Below are positions 25,235 to 37,404 of a DNA stretch of 64,000 bases, piece by piece (positions within the stretch are counted from its first letter, which is position 1; every line of letters begins with the position of its first letter). Source of the DNA: Trichoplax adhaerens. Taxonomy: Eukaryota; Animalia; Placozoa. The stretch spans positions 463,379 through 527,378 of the forward strand of contig NW_002060956.1 of assembly GCF_000150275.1 (NCBI RefSeq). Reading direction: 5' to 3'. The notes beneath the pieces are model-generated. The model was not told the DNA's origin and searched no databases. It worked only from the letters and a program-made list of their open reading frames with translations. A program made the position numbers and the translations under genes.

Positions 25235-26503
25235 ATGGCTGTATGTGTTGCTGTTATTGCAAGAGATGTAAGTGCACGAACGAAACACCTTGCATTCAAA
25301 TGATAACCGTTATACATTGTTGTGTAGATTACAATAATGTAGTAGTGAATGGATACTATCGGTCCATAGTTTAGCAACACTATACGAGTAATACATCCTA
25401 CCATGATACAAGACGTGTATGCAAAGCAATATTGCAAACCTGTATCGGGAAGCTTTCTACATATTTTAAACCGCACTACGTTAGAGTAACTTCAACTCTG
25501 ATTTTAATCCATTTGTCCATGTTCTATTATAGTAATTGTTGTTTTATTTCGTTTAATGACAGAACTACCCTTTGTATATACGAACAGCCGAGCCCGATCA
25601 CGAGCTGAAATTCCATTATATAGCTCATACATCACTAGATGTGATTGAGGAAAAATGTACGGTATCATACCTTACTGTAGCTATGACCGACGTCATGCAC
25701 TCGGTAGAATAAATGTCACAGGTAAACCTGATCTTACTATACTTTGCTATATATCTTAATTAGTGGCAACGTTAACCAAAACAACTAGCGATATGCGTGA
25801 ACTATATCTGGGAATACTTTATCCAACGGAAGATTACAAAGTGTATCCTTCTACAAATTAAACTACCTATTCCTTTTAATAACGTAAATGGTGATGCTGT
25901 TATCAGTTCAAGTGTTAAATAACTTCTGATCATGATTACGGTAGAGCTCCATGTATGAAATTGCTGTACGTGTATTCTTCCTTAAACTATCTCAAGTTAC
26001 GGATATGTTACCAATACCAAAATAAAATTTGTGGTGGTTGTCGACGCTTCTGGAATTAATTATCGAGATACTGAAATGAGGGCGGTAAGTTCAATTCGAT
26101 ACTATTCGTGCTAGGCAGATGATTTTCACTATAAATATTTATGTACATGTTAGTTTGTAAACTGTTTTTTCTGTAAAATTAATTTCTAGATATTTCGCAA
26201 ACTACATCACGCATATTCCGATGTTATATCAAATCCTTTTTATACTCCAGAAACCACCATAACATCGCCGTAAGTATCAAAAGCTGACAGACAATTCTAG
26301 CGTATTGAACATTGACGTAGATATTATTGGTGATAATCACCAACTATAATACCTAAAGAACTGTAGCACTCTGCACAATCTTAATGGTAGCTATTAGTAA
26401 TATCTAGTAGGAAATCTTTAGTAATAAATTTTTTGTATGTTGATTTTTTGATAGAAATTTCGATAAAGCAGTACGAAATATAATGGTAAAAGTAGATGCA
26501 TAG
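25235..26503 (+). CDS. TRAPPC2L: Trafficking protein particle complex subunit 2-like (sedlin-like)
   Basis: [11 protein letters not shown]|[40 protein letters not shown]|[34 protein letters not shown]..; six exons; stop TAG at 26501-26503. Confidence 0.93.
25843..25996 (+). other. U12-type (minor spliceosome) GT-AG intron in TRAPPC2L
   Basis: 5' splice site GTATCCTT at 25843. Branch-like TTCCTTAAAC at about 25978-25987, 9 nt before the end of the intron. Splicing restores KV-YGY. Confidence 0.85.
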
Positions 26504-27672
26504 CCCGTACGAACGTCGTCATGGGTGAATCCAACGCTTAACGAAATTGAGCGCATTACTGCTACATTAACACCAGAAGTAACGCTGTCCACTATCATGG
26601 GATATACACGTACAGAAGCTGCACACTGTCCCATAGATGAATTCATCCTAAAACAGCCTTTCTGTATTATAGGTGTGTAGCAGAGAAACCTTCGCCGAGT
26701 TAATCAATCAATTAGCCGTAATTAAACCATATATCTAACTGTATATTTCTTTCTTGCGACAACTATCCTACCACATTCATAGACACATGCGTTATATCTT
26801 TCTTCATTTTTTTGTATCTTATCAATTTCTGGATATGAATATCATAATTAAAGTGATTGCAAAGATTCCTTTATTGAGATATTTTCTCTGGCTGTGAGAT
26901 GACTTTTGAAATGTAACCTATTCTATTAATTATTTCCATTTTAGTAGAGAAATAGTTCAGTCTTAGTGCTGTAAAGCAGTACTACACTGTATTATATTTT
27001 TTATTTTTATACAGGTTATTAGTAATGACGTCAACAAACATTTACAGAATATAAAAGTCATATCGCAGTAATGATAACTTGATACTATGTTTAGGCACCA
27101 ATCAGCTCCATACGTACATTGTTAATGCTACCAGATCATGTACGAATACTCGTATGTACAAAATTAATTAAGTTAAGCCTCGCAAAATAGTTTGCAAGAA
27201 GTAACTTTACAAAGTTTTTATCATAACGGTAAATTCTTACATATAAGGTAAAATCGTGTAAGCGTGTACCTTTGGCAAGCTGCAGTTGCACAGATAACGC
27301 TCCACTTGAGTGAGTGAATAGTAATTTCACAATAGACAAAAATCTATAGATTTTAATGACCGTAAATTTTCTCCAGAACATAGCAATTCAAATCTAAAGC
27401 AGAAAATGATGTTGTTATCAAATTCTTATCGTGAATCTTCCAGATAATATGAAGACTTTCATTCATTCGGAAGCAATAGCGTACAACATAGAACTAGAAC
27501 ATGACTCTAAGCGTCATTAAGTAGCCAATACATAAAAGAAACATTATTTTGAGATCAAATGCTATAAAAGCCACGGAAAGAGTTTCCATTTCGAATATAT
27601 GTAGTATATATAACAAATGATATAGGGAAGTTAGATGCGTACATTTATCTTGGATGTACGCTAGTATGGCTT

Positions 27673-29481
27673 TCAATACGGCCTGTATACATTTCTTCTA
27701 AACCTATAAAATATCGATGAAAGCTTAAGTTATTGGCACGTCCTAGAAAAGTACTACAAAGAAGATGAGATTGTATACAGTAGGCGCTGCATTGCTACAG
27801 TACCTGCTACGCCTTCTGGGTCCACCTACACCACCATGCCGAAATGGTCGTCGTCCGCGGCGAAATCCTCTGTCTGTGGAACTAACACCAGGGCGATTAG
27901 TTCGTTTAGGTGATACCTATCAATGAATAATTGATATTAAGTTATTGAGTACGTCCCAAGATCAAGAAGAGTATGCCAATTTATTTATCATATCGATTTT
28001 AACTCAAACCTTTATTTGCCTTCCACGGAATAATGAATCATCTAAAGCCATTGCAGTTTTCACCGATTCTTTATCGGAGAATTCAATGTAAGCAAATCTA
28101 CAGTAAATATAAACGTTGTGTATTGTTATACAACACTTATCCTGTGGTATTTAATTAAGTAAGGTTAATTGCAGGCGATCATGCATGACCAAGTGAACGT
28201 CCAAGGGTATGAAAGCAGTGCAATTTTTCAGCTTATCAGGTTGCAAATGTTAGCTGAAAATACCCTAGTTCAGTTAAAATTCTCTACAAATTTATTTATT
28301 TTTGGTGTATATTATGCAATGTTTACAGCTTCAACATTGAGTTTAGCAAATTGATAAGAGAACTCCTCCGAATGGAAATGAGTTTACTTTTAATTACCCT
28401 TTGGGATGACCACTGAATTTATCACATAAGATCGTGACTCTGTTTACTGATCCACAACCATGAAAATGTTGTTCTAACTCTTCTGCAGTTGCTGCATAGT
28501 CAACCTATATTATTGGAGAATTTACATTGGAAATGAGGATATGAAATTGCTAATTTTCAGGCTGAAGAAATCTATACAATAAGGAAAGAAATAGTTCAAG
28601 TTCGATTACGCGTACATTTCCGACATATACTGAACGTGCATCCGCTTCAGCCCTATCCTCCGTTGTTCCTTAAATTAATTTGAAAAATTTAAAATTCTAC
28701 CATTATTATATGGTAAATTGATTTCATCTTGGAGGCTAACGTGTTGTTACCATAATGAGTAGACAGGACTAATACGCGGCGGTATACTTGTAATAAGTTT
28801 CAATAGCCAACCTTCTTACCTGCTGATCCTAAAACACTTTTTTCGACCTCATTTTGCATTTCTTTCAACTTTTCAGCTTCTTCTTCCATTTCTTTTACGC
28901 GAGCTTTTATGGCTTGCAATTCCTACAAAACAGATCAACGTCATGCATAACTCATTTTGCAACTAATCTGACAGATTGTTTTCAATTTGATATTGATCAT
29001 GGAATGAGTGCCAAGACAAGTACGATCAACTGAAGGCAAGCATTCTACGTACTTTGTAGTCTGTAGTGCAGTATTACTAATGGAAGATTGTCGACAGCCT
29101 GTATCAACCATCATAATTCATTGTTATGAGCAAAATAAAAAGAAGGAATTTCTCCTTGACTGAAGTATTCAGGAGTGCTTGTCGTCAGCGCACACCTTTG
29201 TAATGACAGTGCACTTGAGCAATGACCAACTACTGATGGACATAACGCAATACTGTACTGTACTATCTATCTTGGATACTATTCTACAAGAATACTTGTA
29301 TATCCGATGCGAAGATGAAAATAAAAAGGTGACCTACTGGATCATCAGCTTCATTATCGCCAGTTAAAAGACTATCGGTAGCCATAGCACTTTCCTCTTT
29401 GGTATCATTGGTTGAATTGCCATCCATAAAGAATGATACCTCACCTTCGCCGCCATTTAAATCTGACTCTAATTCAGCCAT
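27673..29481 (-). CDS. PABPN1: Nuclear poly(A)-binding protein (PABPN1/PABP2)
   Basis: DP|[28 protein letters not shown]; [11 protein letters not shown]|[36 protein letters not shown]|[19 protein letters not shown]|[10 protein letters not shown]; Arg-rich tail ending YRPY*; seven coding exons. Confidence 0.95.
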
Positions 29482-30159
29482 CTTTTGATTACTATTTGAT
29501 ACAATCGTATAATATCAATGTCTTAAATAAGAGGGCAAATCAAGGCTTCAAGTATTTGAAAATGGGATTTCACTGCTTATCTGTTAAGATAAATTATAGA
29601 TCTCTCAAGATTCCTCCAGATACAAAGTAGTCTAGGATAAATAAATGGCAACGAAGGCTAAGCTTTTACAGCATCATTTCCCACTTACGATAGAGCTGCT
29701 GATTGTAGTACGTTTTGCAACGTAGTGACACAATACCGACCGTTCCGGTACAGTACTGTAACGTCAACGTTGACCGCGTCACCGTACGCTTTGGGTATCG
29801 CCAGTGGCATCATACGGTGTTGCTACTACAATACACTCGAGTACAATGCTACAGTACTATACTGTAGTTAGCAGCACGGTGAGGCAAAGCCCGCCACGGG
29901 CTGCAGCTCCTCTTTTCATTTTACCTGCAGTCCTGTCCAAGATTATTATTTTATTTTCCATACCGTATGATCACAGGACTGGGCTGTGTACCAACCTGTA
30001 TGATGGTTACGTCCAGCAATATTACTGGAAGCACTGTAAGCAACTTGGTAATTGTCACTATCCCTTTGTGACACCGTCAGAGTGCAATGGACATTGTACA
30101 GTACAGTGCTGTACAGTACTGTACTGTACACTCTTTTAAAACATCACGTCGCCACCTTG

Positions 30160-30480
30160 AGTTTTGCACGGTAGTGTCATGAGTTTTGCATGCTGACTAC
30201 AGTAAGCACTTTTCTACAGTGTACAGTGTACAGTGTGCACCAGCGTACAGTAGACGTGTAGTACTGAGTTTTGCACGATAGTGTCATGAGTTTTGCATGA
30301 TCACTACAGTACGAACTTTTCTACAGTGCACACTCGACAGTGTACAGTACACGTCCAGTGCGTCCGTCCGGTGCAGTACGGTACAGTATAGTACGGTCCA
30401 GTTACGAACTTTTCTACAGTGTACTGTACAGTGTGCACTAGCATACACTACGTCCGTCCGGTGTCATGACTGTAACGGTA
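30160..30480. repeat. Local direct duplications in the PABPN1/FAM210B divergent intergenic region
   Basis: GAGTTTTGCACGrTAGTGTCATGAGTTTTGCATG..CTACAGTA..TTTTCTACAGTG occurs at about 30160 and 30266, with a partial third copy near 30403. CGTCCGTCCGGTG occurs twice. Confidence 0.8.
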
Positions 30481-31199
30481 CGCATGCGCAGTATAGGATG
30501 AGGAAATCAATTCATTAAACTTAACTTCAACTTGTCTTGTATCATGGCGACAGCGATAATGTAACGTAAAAAAAGGTACAAGCAAAATATCATAAAAAAG
30601 GGATCGACTAGTTGTATATACAACAAGTGTCTTCTCTGATTTATTCATAATAATAATAATCAATATTCCCCCTAGACGCGTAATCATCTTACATCTCGTC
30701 TCGGATTGCTAATTGCAGACTATATCCACTCAAGTTTGTAGACTACTACTGTACAGTGTTGAAGAATAATGAATAATAGGATTGCAGTTTGCAAGCCTGT
30801 TGTACACTTCATCAAGTGATTGTACAGTAGTAGAATGGACTAGAGAAGAAAATGAAAGAAAACTTCTTCGTCTTTCGTAGTTGAGCAATTTCTCATCGTT
30901 GCACAGCAGGCACAACAAACGCGCTACTGCCTAATACGTAACTATGGCACCATAGACTATACTAGATAGATTAAGGCCATCAACATCGATAGAATAAGAT
31001 ATTTCAACAGTAAACAGTGTACTATATACTGTACTTTACCTGGTATGAGTGCCTGGTATCAGTCGTCGATGACATACGTCGTACAGTAGTTTACAGTTGC
31101 CGCTGGACGCTGCCGTAAAAGCAATCATTAATTGGTGTGGAATAGCCGGACGGAGCTAGAAGCAAAAAATCATCTTGAGTTTCTTGAATATTCTGCAGC

Positions 31200-32399
31200 A
31201 TGTATGCATATAACTTCATTTGTAGGAGAAGTTTAACATTATCACCTTGCAGAGTGTTAAGCCGGTTTTTAGTCAATAGTTCCACCACGGTTAATTATAC
31301 AATCAATACTTGCAAGTTATTATCCAAACGCCAAGCAACTCTCCTTACTAAACAGGCATCTTGTCCAAAATCGATCAATACGACAACGATGTCCAACCGC
31401 CTGATTGCTCGTAATCTATCTTCAAAATCGACAAATGGCGATACAAATACAACGAATGGAGCTGTAAATCAAACTAATATATCTACTTTACAACGTCTAC
31501 GAGTGGTTTTTCGAGATTATGGTACCTGTGCTATCATCTTTCATATAGCAGTCAGTTTGCTATCAGTAGGTTGTTGGTATATGGTCGTAGAGAGGTAAGC
31601 TAAACATAGGTACAAACCAATAGCTACTGTACTAGAGCGTTTCCAAACATCCATTGCACCCACTATCATCAGATCAGCAGTGTATTTTTATAAAGTAAAG
31701 CCAATAGCCTCAGTTCTGCAAGCAAAGAAAGACGTTCGAGGACTACTTAACATTATTAGACAGCCAGTACCGCATCGATGAATGCTGCGTATGACAATAT
31801 GAGGAGGCAATGATGGCTAGCGATAGATATACTGTACAGCATAGAGGACACTTCCACTTTTTCAAGCCACTTTCATCACTGTAGAAATAAAATTGATTTC
31901 TGTTAGTGAAGTAAACTTGTAGCAGAAAGTAAGCTATATCTGAGGTTATTTACCAAGGCCTCTTGAGTCAAGATATCATCCCATACGATCATTGCGGTTA
32001 TGTCAACTGTAGCGACACTGCAATGTCGTAGTAGATCTTGATGTAGTACTCTACTCTACTGTACGCTGATTAGCAAAACTGCAAAACTCTCAATATCCCT
32101 TCAACATCACGAAATATTTTAACTTGTGGCCTTTTCATAATTTTATTCTTATTAGTGGTATAGACATCAAGACTTGGATGCAAAAAATTGGCTTTAGTGA
32201 AAAATTTCTTCAATCGGTATTTACCACCAGTGCTGGAACATTTATTGTTGCATATGCAATCCATAAAACAACAGCAATTCCAAGAGCTATGTTAACAATA
32301 TCTGTAACACCGCTGATTGTCCGCCACCTTAGACGCATCGGATGGATGAGAAAACCTGTTGTTGCTGCATCTGCAAGCCCCAAAGTTTCTAAACCCTAA
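31200..32399 (+). CDS. FAM210B: FAM210B (DUF1279) mitochondrial membrane protein
   Basis: Exons 31200-31594 and 32156-32399. Presequence-like N-terminus, then LRVVFRDYG..IIFHIAVSLLS..YMVVESGID..AGTFIVAYAIHK..PRAMLTISVTPLIVRHLRRIG. Confidence 0.88.
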
Positions 32400-34272
32400 C
32401 TGACTATAGTCGCAGTTGTAATAATCACTACTATAAATTTTTCTCTTTAGCTGTTGTAAACTGAAATCATAACATCCAAAATGCTATTCTAAATCATGTT
32501 AACAATTGCTGTAGAAATGACCTTCTTTCAAAATTTCCTTTGCGACTACCTGTGAAATAGCATTATTCATTTCTCTGTGATATATGGGTAAGCTTATTGA
32601 GATATACTATAAGGGTCTACTGTTAACGTGCCATAGTGTTAGCCTATTTTTTAAGATTGTTTCAAGCAACTAGTGACTAGAAAATAAATTAAACTCCATA
32701 TCGTTGCACTAGAACATTATAAACATACTTTCGCGAATACAAATTTAATTATCGTATGAAATTCACAAGTCAAATATGATGATACATGCGAATATGAAAA
32801 AAATGAAACGTTTTCTGTTAGATCGCTAGCAATCGCAAATTAAATGTTATTATTGTGATAGATTCTTAAAGATGTTGATATATTACAGATGATACAGTAG
32901 CTATATAACTAACTATACAGTCTAATTGCACAACTCAATAGTCATTTATTCCAGAGCATTTACCTCAAGCCATCGGTGTAGACCTGACATCGGTGTACTC
33001 TATGTTACTGTATAATATATCGCTATTACTGTATGTACAGTACTGTATGCGATTTATTAAAATGGCATCAAGAAAATAAAAAATACTACGTATCATATGA
33101 AGTTGGCATTACTAAACTTTTAACTATAGACAACGTTGTTTATCTGTATGGAACATTAAAAAAATTAAAGTGGATATCAGATAAAGGAATTATTGTTGGA
33201 ACGCACTTACTGGGATCAAAGAGGATGCACTAAATACTGGTAATTCCATTATAATGAAAGACATGATGAATTTACTGGAAACAATCGACTACACAGTATT
33301 ACTTACCGTTTTGTAGGACTAACACTTAAAAAATGCATATTGTTACGGCTTGCTGTTAATATATTATATTAGCCAAAGCGCTACAAAAGAATTAATATAT
33401 GCACAAACTAAATAATACTCCACTTAAGATTAGTCTCAAATTCTAAAATAGAGACTAGAATTACTCTCTTACTGTACTTGCAGTAATAGTCAAGATATGC
33501 TAGTAGTAATTTGTGCTGTTGTTATTATACCAGTATAATTACAATAAATGCAATTTCGTAATTACCCTTTTCCAAAGCATGATTTGAAGCAATTTTAGAT
33601 GCTCTCGCATAGAATGATAATACTGTAGTACCCTCAAAAATTTATATATTCTGTATTTTATTTATATTACGAAATTAAATTCGATCTAACACAGTTATCA
33701 CAATATACATAGCTTAATGTAGTAATAAATCTCAAAAATCTTCATATTTACGTTATTGTTAGCAGAGAAATGAAATGCACTCAGTATCAGGACCAAAATC
33801 TGTAACTTTAAAACCTTCATTTTAGGCCTTAAGTACAAATACCTACAATGGTTAATATAATTAAAGATTACATAGTACGGTGCTGTACAGTTCTCATTTC
33901 TAATATGTTGTACAACTTTAAAGCAAAACTACAAGTTGCTTATAATATATTAATTTTAAAAGTAATTATAAATCAATTCTAATTTTGATAACCAACTTTC
34001 TTAGGTTTCATAGTTTAAATGAAGGTACTGCAATTGCTGCTAAAAGAATATTATGGAAATAATATAAAATTACAAGATTTATTACCGAAAACTTTAATTA
34101 ACAAGATTCATCACCGTAAATAGGCAATGCAAAATCTGACTGTAATAGTACTAGTAGTAGATATCTTTATAACACAAACCTGTGTTATATACATTACATT
34201 ACATTTGAAACATTTAAAGCCCTGAAAGGAGGATCCAAAACATACTCGTCATGCAAAAACATCTTACATAAT

Positions 34273-37200
34273 TTAATTTTTTGCATCATTTTGAACATGT
34301 TTTACGATCCAGGGGTGTGACATTACGCCATCAAGTGATAATCTTTCAGAGGGTTTACGACATAGAAGCTAAATGATAAAATCATATTTGAAAATCTGTT
34401 ACATGATTCGAAATTATGCTTAAAGTACAACGATAAAAAGAGTCATTAATATCTTATTCATGATCACCTTTCTGATTAAATCCATAGCCTCAGGACTCAG
34501 TTTGTTCTCTGGAAACTTTAAATCAACCTAAAAGTATAATCAAACATTAATTAACTGTAAATATATTATATTTTCATTACTTTTAGGACGTAAACACTGA
34601 GTTAATAAGTCACAGCATAAGAACCTTGATAATTCTTTTATAAGTATCTTCATGAGTTTTAGTCTCGAATGGTGGGCAACCAACAAGAAATTCATAGCAT
34701 AATATGCCCAAGCTCCATAAATCAACCTAATGACATTAAAGCAAAAATAAGTTCAAATTGCAGTACTGACTTTTTGGAAGATTTACTTGATTAAAAATTG
34801 ATTCTTTACTTAATACAATCTTATAAACAATACATGGCTTATCTCCATGCTAATTCTGATTTATATCATCAAGGTAATCGTTTTATTTGTATATTGGCGT
34901 ACCTTATCGTCGTGTTCATCACCGATGATCATTTCAGGAGGTAGGTAATCCAGCGTTCCACATAGTGTAGTTCGCCTAAGTTGGATAGATTGAGCATTAG
35001 TACATTTCTAAGGTAAATTTAAAGTCTTTAAGCTACAAATTTAATATCATAGTACCTTGATGATGGAGCATGAACAGACCAACCGAAATCAGCAATCTTA
35101 AGATCACCCTATAAATTAAATTAATTATCAAAGTGTCACAGTAAGCCTAAGCTATCAATCGGATAGTTGCAAAATACTAACAAAATCTTTTTATAAAATA
35201 TTTTCAGGATGGTAACAACTTATGTAATATCTTACATGAAGTAATACAAATAAAGTACAGATTAAAAATGTCGATTACGAACCTTTATACCGAGTAATAA
35301 GTTTTCAGGCTTTATATCTCTGTGAATGACCTTTTTTGTGTGACAGTACCTCAATGCATCGGAGAGTTGTGCAATAAACTAGAAAAATTTATTTAAAACA
35401 ATGATGTTATAAATGCATTAGCACAAAAGTTTATTATATGAACAGTCAACAAACTTTAGCAGCTCTTGGTTCATCAAATACTTTCTGCCGTTGCAATTCT
35501 TTGTACAGTTCTCCACCTGGTGCAAACTCAAGTATAAGGTACACACGGCTCGTATCGTAAAAATACCCATACAATCGTAGAATATTAGGATGGCTATTAA
35601 AAATTAAACGATATTGATATATTAAACATTAATTATCCGCATACGCTGCAACAATTTCAAATATGAGAACTGCATCAAATTTAAAACTCGTATATTTGTA
35701 TGAGTATCAAGTTATTCAATTCAATATTAAGAAATATGCATACCGCAAATGAGATTGAATTTCAATCTCGCGTCTTAGCTGGTGCTCAACATTTGCCTTT
35801 TGTAGTTGAGATTTAAATAGAACCTGTTAATAGCATTGGTATAATTGGAAAGGTTTTTTAAAATCTCAATTGATACTAGATGTAAGTCAATTGTAATCGT
35901 ATTTATAATTCTTTTCTCTTAACAATTGATAAAATTTGATCTTCTATTTTAATAATTTTCCCTTATAATTATACTAAATTTATAGTTTACCTTTAACGCA
36001 ACAATGTATTTACTCTGTTTTTCTCTTGCTAAGTACACGCTACCAAATTTCCCTATCAAAAATTTTTCTGTCATTATAATTTGTACAATCATGTAGGAAT
36101 TTTTGGGTTGCACCCTTATTATTTTTATACGCAAATGTTGATTAGTTTAACAACAAACCTTTGCCTAATGGTCTGCCAATATCAAAATCGTCCAACGTCC
36201 ATCTTTTTCTAGAGCTATAATAGTAATGAGTCCTCGTTACAAATGATACATTACAAATTTAAAGCGTTATACGTATACAATGCTAGTTTAATTTTTAAAT
36301 TACAAAATAAAACGAAGATCTAGTTTTTAGCTGACGGAGCTACGTAGAAATATATCGAAGAATTACAGTAGTAAGACTACTACTGAATTGTATTAAATAA
36401 AAACGTTACAGGTATTTACTTCTTTTGCTCTTCAGCATTGGACGTAGGTACTTGTAACTGCTGAGTTTTGGTCACACTTTGGTTTTGATTCTGCAGTCTA
36501 TCAATGTTAGTACTTTGCTTTAACGAATGGTGGGAGGGATAATTTTCGTTAATAATATTAGTATGATTAGATGCATGGCCAGCATCGATCGGTGCCAATT
36601 TATTGACGGGTTTCACTATTCTTTTGGGGCCACTCAGCTGCAATATCAATCCAAAGAGACAATTTAAGGAAAATTGATAACGTAGTTTAATAGTCAATAA
36701 AGTTATTTAATTGTAAATACTAGAAAAAAAGATGTACACTGTGCTACGCGGTGTGCGTATAGTAATACCATACCAGGTTAGTCTGTGGTCTATCCGCTGA
36801 GTACTTTTGACCACTATTCTCTTTATTGGCCATCAGTTGCATCCGATTCATCTGTGTTAAATTAAAAATGAGGGAAAAGTTATATTCATCTAGTAATAAT
36901 ACGTATACTTAGGATAACTTAATATCTACAGTTAATTACAACAATCCTTTAAATATTTCATTAAAGAATTTGCACATCATGGATACAATTCGATATTCTA
37001 GTTTGATGTTATACACATATCTTTAATTAAAGCAGAAGACGATTTGAAACTGGCTTACATCCGGCATGATCCAAGCAATTATAATTATCGACCTATCCCT
37101 TATCCACCTACTGTAAACTAGCTAGATAGCTAAATTTAGATATACTGTAATACCAATAGACATATAAAGGATTTGAATGTTCAACCCTTTTGTCAGTTTC

Positions 37201-37404
37201 ATCAACTGGAAACTACGCAATAAGCTCTTTGGGCTTAAACTAGCACAGGGTGCATATGTGCGTATATGAAACGGATAGTATTAAAATGCCTGTACAAGTT
37301 CTAGCAAATGATTACAATAAACGCAGATGTAATTAACTTAATATTGATTGTAGTCGAGATTTGCTACAAACCTGTGACTCTAAAAGATTTAGCTTGGAGG
37401 CCAT
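34273..37404 (-). CDS. AURKA: Aurora kinase (Aurora A-type Gly in LYGYF); start codon tentative (37404, 36851 or 36833)
   Basis: KEN box (MANKEN), [14 protein letters not shown]|[64 protein letters not shown]|[20 protein letters not shown]; stop at 34275-34273. Confidence 0.93.
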
